This document shows, piece after piece, positions 17,792-26,998 of a DNA stretch of 41,071 nt. This DNA comes from Bacillota bacterium (lineage in GTDB: Bacteria; Bacillota; Clostridia; Lachnospirales; Lachnospiraceae). A model generated the notes under the pieces. That model saw only the letters and a list, made by a program, of their open reading frames with translations. It searched no databases and was not told the origin of the DNA. The stretch's first letter is position 1; every line of letters begins with the position of its first letter. The position numbers were made by a program, and so were the translations under genes. Location: the NCBI GenBank assembly GCA_023425485.1, contig JAFACO010000351.1, positions 1 through 41,071 on the forward strand, read 5' to 3'.

Positions 17792-19771
17792 TTATTGTAT
17801 TTCTGCTCCTGATGGCATAGGCTTTTCTGGTACCATTAGTGAAAGATTACCTTCTGCATCCTCTGCACAAAGTAACATACCCTCTGATAACATTCCGGCT
17901 AAAGTCGCAGGTTTTAGGTTAACAACTACCATTACCTTCTTTCCTACCATCTGTTCCGGAGTATAATGAGCCTTAATTCCAGATACAATCTGCTTTACCT
18001 GAGAACCTATTTTAACTTGGGAACATAATAACTTCTTAGATTTCTTTACCTCTTCACAGGCAATTATCTCACCAATCTGGAACTGAAGCTTTGCAAAATC
18101 ATCATAGGTAATCTCTGCTTTTGCTTCTATATCGATAAAATCTGCTTTCTCTTCTTTTACTTCCTCGGCAACTGCCTCTGCTGCTTCGTTCACTTCCTTT
18201 GATGCTTCCACTTTCTCAAGTACCTCCTTAATATCTAAACGTGCAAATAAAATCTCAGGTGTCTCTGTAACCTTGGTTCCATCCGGGTATAAGCCATAGC
18301 TTTCAAATTCTCCGATTAAACGTGGCTTTGCTGATAGCTGTGAAAGAATCTTAGCTGCTGTTTCTGGCATAAAGGATTCTAATAAACTAGCACCGATACA
18401 GATACTCTCGGTCAAATGGTATAGAACGGTTGCAAGTCTATCCTTCTTCTCTTCGTCTTTTGCCAGCACCCAAGGCATTGTCTCATCAATATACTTATTG
18501 CAGCGCTTAAACAAGGTGAAAATCTCAGTAAGAGCATCCGCCACACGTAACTTCTCCATCTTGGCAATTACCTTTTTCGGAGTCTCAAGTGCTAATGCCT
18601 TAAGTTCTTCATCAAACGCCTCTGCTACCTTACCATCTCTTACAACACCACCAAAATACTTATTGGACATGGAAATCGTACGATTTACCAAGTTACCTAA
18701 GGTGTTTGCCAGATCCGAATTAATTCTTTCCACTAACAGTTCCCAGGAAATCGTACCATCGTTGTCAAATGGCATCTCATGGAGAACAAAATAACGAACG
18801 GCATCTACACCAAAAATCTTTACCAGATCATCGGCATAAAGAACATTACCCCTGGATTTGCTCATCTTATCGCCTGCACTGCCCTGCATTAACCAAGGAT
18901 GCCCAAATACCTGCTTGGGCAAAGGAACTTCTAATGCCATTAATATAATTGGCCAGTATATGGTATGGAAACGAATAATGTCCTTGCCTATCAAGTGAAG
19001 ATCACAGGGCCAAAACTTGTTATAAAGGTCTGTGTGATTACCTTCCACATCATAACCGATACCGGTAATATAATTACTTAAGGCATCCAGCCATACATAC
19101 ACCACATGTCTGTCATCAAAATCTACCGGGATACCCCACTTAAATGAGGTTCTTGATACACAGAGATCCTGAAGTCCTGGAAGCAAAAAGTTATTCATCA
19201 TCTCATTCTTTCTGGATTCCGGTTGTATAAAGTCAGGATGGGTATTGATATGCTCAATCAAACGATCTGCGTACTTACTAAGCTTCAAGAAATATGCTTC
19301 TTCTTTAGCAGGCTGAACATCTCTGCCACAGTCAGGGCACTTGCCATTGTTTAGCTGTGACTGTGTAAAAAAGGATTCACAAGGCGTACAATACATACCT
19401 TCATAATGTCCTTTATAAATATCACCTTTTTCATACAGCTTTTTAAATATCTTTTGAACCTGTTTCTCATGATCTTCATCCGTGGTACGAATAAATTTAT
19501 CATAGGAAGTATTCATTAAATCCCAGATACCTTTAATCTGTCCAGCAATTCCATCCACAAATTCTTTTGGTGAAATTCCAGCATCTGCCGCTTTTAACTC
19601 AATCTTTTGTCCATGCTCATCCGTCCCAGTCTGGAAGAATACATCAAACCCTTCCAATCTTTTAAAACGTGCTATACTGTCTGCCAATACGATTTCATAA
19701 GTATTTCCAATGTGCGGCTTACCAGAAGTATAGGCAATTGCTGTTGTAATATAATACGGTTTTTTACTCAT
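17792..19771 (-). CDS. metG: Methionine-tRNA ligase with C-terminal tRNA-binding domain
   Basis: HIGN (HIGH-type) and KMSKS motifs, TGTDEHGQK, Zn knuckle CTPC..CPDC; ATG 19771 after AGAAAGGA. Confidence 0.97.
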   Translation of the reverse strand: MSKKPYYITTAIAYTSGKPHIGNTYEIVLADSIARFKRLEGFDVFFQTGTDEHGQKIELKAADAGISPKEFVDGIAGQIKGIWDLMNTSYDKFIRTTDEDHEKQVQKIFKKLYEKGDIYKGHYEGMYCTPCESFFTQSQLNNGKCPDCGRDVQPAKEEAYFLKLSKYADRLIEHINTHPDFIQPESRKNEMMNNFLLPGLQDLCVSRTSFKWGIPVDFDDRHVVYVWLDALSNYITGIGYDVEGNHTDLYNKFWPCDLHLIGKDIIRFHTIYWPIILMALEVPLPKQVFGHPWLMQGSAGDKMSKSRGNVLYADDLVKIFGVDAVRYFVLHEMPFDNDGTISWELLVERINSDLANTLGNLVNRTISMSNKYFGGVVRDGKVAEAFDEELKALALETPKKVIAKMEKLRVADALTEIFTLFKRCNKYIDETMPWVLAKDEEKKDRLATVLYHLTESICIGASLLESFMPETAAKILSQLSAKPRLIGEFESYGLYPDGTKVTETPEILFARLDIKEVLEKVEASKEVNEAAEAVAEEVKEEKADFIDIEAKAEITYDDFAKLQFQIGEIIACEEVKKSKKLLCSQVKIGSQVKQIVSGIKAHYTPEQMVGKKVMVVVNLKPATLAGMLSEGMLLCAEDAEGNLSLMVPEKPMPSGAEIQ

Positions 19772-19829
19772 ATTATCATTCCTTTCTATGTCTTGTTGAT
19801 TCATTTTCTTATACTCGCATCTTCCCAAT

Positions 19830-20122
19830 AAAAAAACTCCCATCCTTAAATTACTTTAAAGACGAGAGAAGCTCCCGTGGTACCACTTTAATTTACCCCT
19901 ATCTCTCGATAAGAGCCTTAATCACTGCAAATCTACAGCTAGCCTTCTTAACGGTTGCTACCGTCGCAGCCTAAGATTACTCCTCGGTGCGCAGCTCCAA
20001 GACCATCTTCAACAGCTTCCCGAGATTATAAAACAATCCGAGTATGAACTCATTTCCCCTTCTCAGCCTGCTGGGGTTCTCTGTTAACCGTTCCACTGTC
20101 TACTCTTCTTTTCAAAGCCTTT
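19830..20122 (-). promoter_or_regulatory. T-box riboswitch (Met) upstream of metG
   Basis: AGAGA and GCTGAGA stem-I motifs, ATG specifier at 20004-20006, T-box AAAGTGGTACCACG (19876-19889), terminator hairpin with U-run at 19830-19870. Confidence 0.93.
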
Positions 20123-20140
20123 TATCCATATTTATGTCAA

Positions 20141-20169
20141 AGTATACCATGTGCATCTTACTTTGTCAA
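20141..20169 (-). promoter_or_regulatory. sigmaA promoter of the metG leader
   Basis: TTGACA-17 bp-TATACT with extended -10 TG. Confidence 0.85.
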
Positions 20170-20337
20170 ATTTTAATACCTACTTTAAGTTTAACATAAT
20201 CTAACTGTATTATTCCAATAATAGCAAAATTATAATCTTCATGTTATACTAGTTACATGTGATATCTTATTAAGGTATCTTCTATATGTATTTTATAAAA
20301 ATCGGTAACAGTTTAGTCGTAAACGAAAGGAAGCCAT

Positions 20338-22380
20338 ATGAAAAACCTTCAACTAAAAACCCATTACTTATTAAGAATATTACCTGTTACAATCTTCTTA
20401 ATTATAATAGTTACTACCTTTTCAGCCTGTCAAACAAAATCAAAAACTAACGATACTAAGGACGATACCACGAACCCACAAATCACTTCTCCTACACCTA
20501 TATCACCGGAAAACGAACCAAACGTGGATGCATCTGAACTTACACCGTCAATGATAGATCCAAGTGGCAACACCATTACAACTAGATTTCGTTTACCCGA
20601 AGGTTATACTCGTTTAGAAGCAGGAAATGGTGAATTCTCTTCTTTTTTAACTGCTTTATCTTTAAAACCTGCTGACAGTGAAGTTTTATTGTATGATGGT
20701 TCTTCAAAACTGGGTCAGGACTCCCATGCAGCTATCTTTGATTTGGATATTGGAGACCGGGACCTTCAACAATGCGCAGATTCAGCTATTCGGATTTATG
20801 CCGAGTATTATTGGTCTATTGGCGAATATGATAAAATAGCCTTCCACTTAACTAATGGCTTCCTAATGGAGTATACAAAATGGAGAGAAGGTATGCGTCT
20901 GGTTGTAGATGGCAACGATGTATCCTGGTCTAAGAAGAGTACCTATGATGATTCCTATGAGGAGTTTCGCAATTACTTAAATATGGTATTTGCCTACGCT
21001 GGAACTTTATCTTTATCTCAGGAAAGCAGCATCATTTCAATAAATGAAGCCCTTCCTGGCGATATGTTCTTGGAAGGTGGCAGCCCTGGTCATTGTATTA
21101 TGATTGTTGATATGGCTGTAGACAGTAACGGCAATAAGTGCTTTCTTCTGGCACAGGGTTATATGCCAGCTCAGGAATTTCACATTATCAAAAACCCGTT
21201 ACACGAGGATGACCCCTGGTATTATGCCAATGAAATAACTTATCCTCTTGAAACCCCTTCCTGGAGCTTTGGTGATAATTCACTGGTTAGGTGGAATAGT
21301 CTTGCATTAAATTCGTCTCAAAGCTCACTTACTGCTGATAATACCTCCAGTCTAACCTTACTTGCAGTTGGTGACAATTTGATTCATATTCAAGTAATAG
21401 AAAGCGGCGAGCAGGAGGATGGAACTTATAATTATGACCATCTTTATGCTAATTTAAAGGAGGAAATCTCTGAAGCAGATATTGCAGTTATTAACCAAGA
21501 AACCATACTGGGAGGAGATCAATTTCCCTATTCCGGCTACCCTAACTTTAATTCTCCTGAAGAGATTGGTGATGCCGTAATTAATGCGGGCTTTGATGTG
21601 GTTTTACAAGCCACCAACCATACCATGGACATGGGTCTTAACGGTGTTCTTAATACCTTTGATTTTTGGGACAAACATCCAGAGATCACCGTCCTTGGAA
21701 TTAATAAATCAGAAGAGGAAAGAGAACAGATTAAAATAGTAGAGAAAAACGGAATAAAGCTGGCAATGCTTAATTACACCTTTAGTTTGAACGGTTATAC
21801 CGTACCAAAGGATATGCCCTATCTAGTGAATATGCTGGATAAGGAAAAAATGGCTGCCGACATTGAAAAGGCAGAACAACTTGCAGACTTTACCATTGTA
21901 TTTCCTCATTGGGGTACTGAATATGTCTATGAACCTACAAATGCTCAGGAGAATCTCACCTCCTTTTTCTATGAACATGGGGTGGATCTTGTAATTGGTA
22001 CTCATCCACATGTTCTTGAGCCGGTAGAATGGATTGAACCTAATTCCGATCACAAAATGTTAGTTTATTACTCGCTTGGTAACTTTATTTCCTATCAGCG
22101 GGAAGCACCAAGAATGCTAGGTGGAATTGCTAATGTTACCCTAACCAAGGATGATGAGGGTACCTATATTAGCGATTCCTCTATTACTCCTATTGTAACC
22201 CATTATGAAAATGGTCCCGCAGATTATCATTATGCCTTATATGAACTTGATGATTATAGTGAAGCACTTGCTAAGGTTCACGGTGTATCCGACCTTGCTC
22301 AGAATGGACCTATTACATATCAAGACACTTTAGAATTAGCAAAAGAGGTTCTTGGCTCCTGGTATCCGCCAGAAGAATAA
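20338..22380 (+). CDS. Lipoprotein fusing a DUF4846-like domain to a CapA/PGA_cap metallophosphoesterase-like domain
   Basis: Lipobox FSAC and Thr/Pro linker; DLQQCADSAIRIYAEY, GGSPGH, LAQGYMPAQEFHI; then GDNLIH, NQE, ATNHTMD, PHWGTEY, GTHPHV, YSLGNF. Confidence 0.8.
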   Translation: MKNLQLKTHYLLRILPVTIFLIIIVTTFSACQTKSKTNDTKDDTTNPQITSPTPISPENEPNVDASELTPSMIDPSGNTITTRFRLPEGYTRLEAGNGEFSSFLTALSLKPADSEVLLYDGSSKLGQDSHAAIFDLDIGDRDLQQCADSAIRIYAEYYWSIGEYDKIAFHLTNGFLMEYTKWREGMRLVVDGNDVSWSKKSTYDDSYEEFRNYLNMVFAYAGTLSLSQESSIISINEALPGDMFLEGGSPGHCIMIVDMAVDSNGNKCFLLAQGYMPAQEFHIIKNPLHEDDPWYYANEITYPLETPSWSFGDNSLVRWNSLALNSSQSSLTADNTSSLTLLAVGDNLIHIQVIESGEQEDGTYNYDHLYANLKEEISEADIAVINQETILGGDQFPYSGYPNFNSPEEIGDAVINAGFDVVLQATNHTMDMGLNGVLNTFDFWDKHPEITVLGINKSEEEREQIKIVEKNGIKLAMLNYTFSLNGYTVPKDMPYLVNMLDKEKMAADIEKAEQLADFTIVFPHWGTEYVYEPTNAQENLTSFFYEHGVDLVIGTHPHVLEPVEWIEPNSDHKMLVYYSLGNFISYQREAPRMLGGIANVTLTKDDEGTYISDSSITPIVTHYENGPADYHYALYELDDYSEALAKVHGVSDLAQNGPITYQDTLELAKEVLGSWYPPEE

Positions 22381-22411
22381 GGTATTAGTAAACTAACCCT
22401 TACCTAGAAAT

Positions 22412-22477
22412 AAAAAACAAGGTTGACCAAAAAGGTACATCCCTCTGGATATACGTTTTAGTCAACCTTGCTTTTTT
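22412..22477 (+). terminator. Rho-independent terminator
   Basis: CAAGGTTGAC...GTCAACCTTG followed by CTTTTTT. Confidence 0.75.
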
Positions 22478-22796
22478 ATTTCTCTACCCTCTCGCTTCCC
22501 CAACTTCATTCCTCTGGGTAATACCTTCTCCAGTACTAACCTTAAATAGAGTATCAAATTTTAGTTAATATGTCAATAGCATTTGTTTAAATTCGCTTTA
22601 TTACTGTCAATATGCATAAAAAAATCGTTAGACATATTTCGCCACCTTCCCTCTAATAGTGTTTTTATGTTTACGGTAACTATATCTAGTAATAGTGATT
22701 CCTATAATAAATACATTATTGCATTCCCTACTTGATAAACTTATAAAAATCATTTATTCTTACATTGATACAATGAGCTTAGAAGGTGTGTGTAAT

Positions 22797-23543
22797 ATGG
22801 ACAAGGATCTATTTTTAAGAATATGTGATGATGTCATCGGACAATGTCAGGGTATGAATGGCATTGGGACCTTAGCTGAAAAAACAGTACATTCTGTTTT
22901 AAAAAGCTACTATTCTCCTGATACGTTAAACCATGAAGTTAAAATAGGTGGTTTTGTGGCGGACATCTGCACTGGCAATGAAATTCTTGAGATACAAACA
23001 CGAAATTTTGATAAGCTTAGAAGAAAATTAACTGCGTACTTAGAGATATCTCCGGTTACTATTGTATATCCTATCCACAACATTAAATATTTACGATGGG
23101 TTAATCCACAGACTGGTGAAATTAGTCCACCAAGGAAATCTCCGAAAAAAGGTTCCCCTTTTTCTATTTTCCCAGAATTATATCGCATAAAAGATTTTTT
23201 ACTTCATCCAAATCTTAAATTTAAAATAGTTATGCTGGATTTAGAAGAATATCGGTTTTTGGATGGTTGGAGCCAGGATAAAAAGAAAGGATCTAGTCGT
23301 TGTGATCGAATACCCACGGAACTAATCAATGAAATTACAATTGATAATCTTACTTCCTATCAGTTGCTTATTCCTGAGGCTCTTAATGCTACATTTACAT
23401 CAAGGGATTATAAATCTGCATCTGGTTTATCACTAAAACAGGCTCAAACAGCTCTGCTTGTTCTTTATTATGTTGGCGCTGTTGAACGAATAGGAAAAAA
23501 GGGAAATACTCATATTTATAAGAGGACCTATGACCTGCTTTAA
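22797..23543 (+). CDS. Hypothetical protein with a PD-(D/E)xK nuclease-like motif and a C-terminal HTH-like segment
   Basis: EKTVH..HEVKIGGFVADI..ILEIQT pattern; ATG 22797 after GAAGGTG. Confidence 0.55.
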   Translation: MDKDLFLRICDDVIGQCQGMNGIGTLAEKTVHSVLKSYYSPDTLNHEVKIGGFVADICTGNEILEIQTRNFDKLRRKLTAYLEISPVTIVYPIHNIKYLRWVNPQTGEISPPRKSPKKGSPFSIFPELYRIKDFLLHPNLKFKIVMLDLEEYRFLDGWSQDKKKGSSRCDRIPTELINEITIDNLTSYQLLIPEALNATFTSRDYKSASGLSLKQAQTALLVLYYVGAVERIGKKGNTHIYKRTYDLL

Positions 23544-23592
23544 ACATAACGTTGTACTTTTTATTTTAAAATATATATAGGAGGAATTAAAG

Positions 23593-24591
23593 ATGAACGA
23601 CGAACTTAATCTTACAGAGGAAACCACGTTACAAAACCCAGTTACCACCGATATTAATGATAATGTCTCCGAGGAAATAGTAGAGGTTATTCCCTCCATG
23701 GATGATTTCAAAGAAGAAATTGCAAGGTCTTTCAAAAAGATTAACGAGGGTGATATATTAAAAGGTACTGTTATTGGAATTTCAGAGGCAGAAGTGACCC
23801 TTGACCTTGGTTATTATACGGAAGGGATTATTAAATTAGAGGAACTTAGTAATGATCCTGGCTTTTCCATAAAGGCAGATGTTACTCTCGGAGAAGAAAT
23901 ATCCGCAACCGTTATACGTGAAGATGATGGGCACGGCCATATTCTTCTTTCCAGAAAAAGAGCCGATGATATTCTTGCCTGGGATCACCTGATTGAAGCA
24001 ATGAATGCTAAGAAAATTTGCCGTGTTAAAATCTCACAAGCAGTGAACGCTGGTGTTGTAACATATTTGCATGGAATCCGTGCCTTTATCCCTGCATCAC
24101 AGCTTTCCTTGACCTATGCGGAGGACCTAGACGCTTGGGTTGGTAAAGAACTTGATGTGGTTGTTATCACAGCAAGTGCTGAAGACAAAAAGCTTGTATT
24201 ATCCGGTAAAGAAGTAGAAAGAGATATTGAGCTTAAGGAAAGAAAGGGTAAAATCTCCCGTCTTCAAGTTGGTATCGTAACCACTGGTACCGTAGAAAAA
24301 ATAACCACCTACGGCGCTTTTGTTAACATTGGAGAAGGCCTATCCGGTCTTTTACACATTTCTCAGATTTGTGATAAGAGAATTAAAACACCAACGGAAG
24401 TAATTAAAGAAGGACAAACTATAACGGTAAAAGTTCTTGAGGTAAAAGACGGTAAAATAAGTCTTAGCATGAAGGCTGTGGAAGAAAAAGAAGACGTGAT
24501 TGAAGATGTGGAAGAAGCTCCTGCTTCCTATACTACTGGAGAAGAAGCTACCACTGGACTTGCAGCACTGTTAAAAAATATTAAACTATAA
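23593..24591 (+). CDS. S1 RNA-binding domain protein (ribosomal protein S1-like, three S1 repeats)
   Basis: GDILKGTVI, GIRAFIPASQL, YGAFVNIGEGLSGLLHISQI motifs. Confidence 0.88.
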   Translation: MNDELNLTEETTLQNPVTTDINDNVSEEIVEVIPSMDDFKEEIARSFKKINEGDILKGTVIGISEAEVTLDLGYYTEGIIKLEELSNDPGFSIKADVTLGEEISATVIREDDGHGHILLSRKRADDILAWDHLIEAMNAKKICRVKISQAVNAGVVTYLHGIRAFIPASQLSLTYAEDLDAWVGKELDVVVITASAEDKKLVLSGKEVERDIELKERKGKISRLQVGIVTTGTVEKITTYGAFVNIGEGLSGLLHISQICDKRIKTPTEVIKEGQTITVKVLEVKDGKISLSMKAVEEKEDVIEDVEEAPASYTTGEEATTGLAALLKNIKL

Positions 24592-24619
24592 TTGGTAGTT
24601 GGTAGATATTAAACTACAA

Positions 24620-24666
24620 AAGGCTCTAAAAGTTCCTAATAAGTTAAGGGGAACTTTTAGAGCCTT
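24620..24666. terminator. Bidirectional terminator
   Basis: AAGGCTCTAAAAGTTCC...GGAACTTTTAGAGCCTT. Confidence 0.85.
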
Positions 24667-24670
24667 AATA

Positions 24671-25276
24671 TTATAGCCTAAAGGGCAGTAAATCCAGATA
24701 AAATAAAACAGCAAGTGTCATTGCACAAATTCCAAAGATATTAAAAATAACCATAAACCATAAAAGCCCGTGCCCTCTCCTAACTCGCTTATCCAAATTC
24801 TCAAGACTATTCATTAACTCTGTCTGCATTACTTTGTTTTGATAAAGAGTTTGTCTTTGAAGCTCCAGTTGTAATTCATTTATACGGTTAACAACATTCC
24901 TATCCAGGCCTTCCACATTTTTATCTAGCTCTCCAAAACTATGAACCAATGCCTCCAGCCCTTTTTCCAATACCTCCAATTTATCCTTAGCAGAAGTGTC
25001 CGAATTCATTTCTTCAATTAACTCGGCTATTTTATCTCCTTGTTCCTTGAGAAATGTCATATCAAGAGCTGTTTGGACAACAGAAAGTTGGTTATCTATT
25101 TTTCGCCTGTCATACCCCTCCAACTTACTGGTATATTCCAGCATAGTTCTTTTATAACTCTCCAAGGTCTCTCGATATTCCGAAAGTTTTCTTTCATATT
25201 GTGCTGTAGATTCCGTCGCACTACTTCTTCGTAAAGTGACTTCCTTCTTTACGGGTAGTCCGAATGTTAAATTCAT
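24671..25276 (-). CDS. Hypothetical coiled-coil protein with C-terminal membrane anchor
   Basis: 201 aa, helical/charged body, terminal hydrophobic stretch; AAGGAG RBS 17 bp after the synthetase stop. Confidence 0.7.
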   Translation of the reverse strand: MNLTFGLPVKKEVTLRRSSATESTAQYERKLSEYRETLESYKRTMLEYTSKLEGYDRRKIDNQLSVVQTALDMTFLKEQGDKIAELIEEMNSDTSAKDKLEVLEKGLEALVHSFGELDKNVEGLDRNVVNRINELQLELQRQTLYQNKVMQTELMNSLENLDKRVRRGHGLLWFMVIFNIFGICAMTLAVLFYLDLLPFRL

Positions 25277-25293
25277 ACGTATCTCTCCTTTGC

Positions 25294-26121
25294 CTAAGTA
25301 CGAAAACCGAACATCATTCGCTTTCTCCCTGATTTTTTTGTCTCGGTTTTCTTTTCTATCGTTTTCTCAATCACTTGCTCTGTAATTATTTGCTCTTCTT
25401 CCGTAATAATCGTCCCGAAAGCTTCGGCTACAATGGAGGAATAGGTCTCTGTTATCTCCCCATGCATCTCCTCGATGCGATCTTTACTAAAACTTTTTAT
25501 TTCTTCATTTAAGCTTAGCATTTTTTGATCAAGATATGCAACAATATCTGAACATTCTTTTAATTCTTTACTTATATGCTCTGGCGCATTACCTTCAAAT
25601 TTATAATATATTTTGTGTTCAAGGCTAGCCCAGAAATCCATAGCTATCGTTCTTATTTGAATTTCCACTTTAGTTTCTACGGTTCTGTCCGATAAATAGA
25701 CTGGAATGGATATAATCATGTGATAGCTTGTATAACCATTGCTCTTGGGACACATAATATAATCCTTAACCTTTAACACCTTAACATCACTTTGATTTGC
25801 TACTAAATCCGCGATACGATATATATCAGAAGTAAAGGAACAGATAATTCGAATTCCCGCCACATCATTTACATATTTAACAATATTTTCAACACTAAGA
25901 TCTCGACCACTATGCCGTAACTTCTTTACTATGCTTTGTGGTGATTTGAGTCTAGACGTAATATGTTCAATTGGGTTATATTGGTGTGCCCTTTTAAATT
26001 CATTATTTAATATTTCAAGTTTTGTGTTAATTTCTTTTAAAGCCGCATCATAAAGTAGCAGAGCATTACCCCACTCCTCTGCTTCATCATAAAATATTGG
26101 AAGGTCCATCTCATCGTCCAT
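25294..26121 (-). CDS. Small alarmone synthetase (RelA/SpoT synthetase domain, RelP/RelQ-like)
   Basis: NPIEHITSRLKSPQSI, DVAGIRIIC, KDYI..PKSNGYTSYH, VEIQIRTIAMDFWASLEHKIYYK. Confidence 0.93.
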   Translation of the reverse strand: MDDEMDLPIFYDEAEEWGNALLLYDAALKEINTKLEILNNEFKRAHQYNPIEHITSRLKSPQSIVKKLRHSGRDLSVENIVKYVNDVAGIRIICSFTSDIYRIADLVANQSDVKVLKVKDYIMCPKSNGYTSYHMIISIPVYLSDRTVETKVEIQIRTIAMDFWASLEHKIYYKFEGNAPEHISKELKECSDIVAYLDQKMLSLNEEIKSFSKDRIEEMHGEITETYSSIVAEAFGTIITEEEQIITEQVIEKTIEKKTETKKSGRKRMMFGFRT

Positions 26122-26335
26122 CCTTTTTGTTATATAGTTTATCTCATCGTGTCATTTACATATTAATAAAATTATATTAATCCTTTTCTACAATATATAC
26201 TTTAGTGATTTAACGTAAATCAGCCTTTATTGTAGAATAAGAAACAATTTAATGTTTCAAGTGTAATCTTAGTATAACATATAAATATGAACAATTCTTG
26301 AAGGTTTTGAAAACTTAATTAAAAATTAAGAAAAT

Positions 26336-26464
26336 ACATATGTCTTTAACCGAAAGAAACACGCTATGCGTATTTCTCCGGTTATCGCGGGTGCGCTCGT
26401 ATCTAACAAAGTAAATATTTGTTAGATACTTCACTTTACCTTCGCGTAAATAAAAAGACTATGT
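26336..26464. other. Multi-stem palindromic intergenic element (REP-like repeat or ncRNA)
   Basis: Closing stem ACATATGTCTTT/AAAGACTATGT; arms TAACCG..ACGC-TAT-GCGT..CGGTTA and GTATCTAACAAA/TTTGTTAGATAC. Confidence 0.5.
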
Positions 26465-26556
26465 TTGAAATTAGTATGTCATATTTGATATTTTTCAACT
26501 TTTTGTGTCTATTTTTGCATTAGTTTAAATTTTTTTAAATTTTTGGTAAAAATACA

Positions 26557-26586
26557 TTGACAAGACAAGTACCCAAAAGCTATAAT
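26557..26586 (+). promoter_or_regulatory. sigmaA promoter of the ABC exporter operon
   Basis: TTGACA-18 bp-TATAAT. Confidence 0.8.
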
Positions 26587-26620
26587 GTTGGAAGACTATT
26601 ACAGAAAGTGAGGTAAACAC

Positions 26621-26704
26621 ATGTTATTAAGAATTAAAAACTCCGGCAATACAATTGAACAGAATGTTATATGTGGTATTACCTCATGGATTCGAATTTA
26701 TTAA
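26621..26704 (+). CDS. Putative 27-aa leader peptide MLLRIKNSGNTIEQNVICGITSWIRIY
   Basis: GAGGT RBS, ATG about 35 nt downstream of the -10 box, followed by a terminator-like hairpin with U-run at 26777-26806. Confidence 0.6.
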   Translation: MLLRIKNSGNTIEQNVICGITSWIRIY

Positions 26705-26998
26705 GTGATAATCACTCCCTTTCCTGTATGCTGCTGCCAGGACTTGGAAGAAATTATACTCATATTTGACGTCTATGCCGAGGTATAACCATGCCGCGGC
26801 TTTTTTATTGCGAAAAAACAAGTTATTAACCAATCGTTGCTTGGTTAAGCTTTCTCTTTGCATAAAAAATGGGGGGCGGCAAATGCTTAATCGCATTGAG
26901 TTAAATAAATTCAAACCATGAGAAAATATAATAACAATCTAATTATTACTTAAGCAACAAACACTGGGAGCATCGAGGGAATGCAGAATTGGAGGAAT

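Noticed and set aside
19772..19843. Longer metG start at 19843
   Set aside because: Lies within the T-box terminator; ATG 19771 has the RBS
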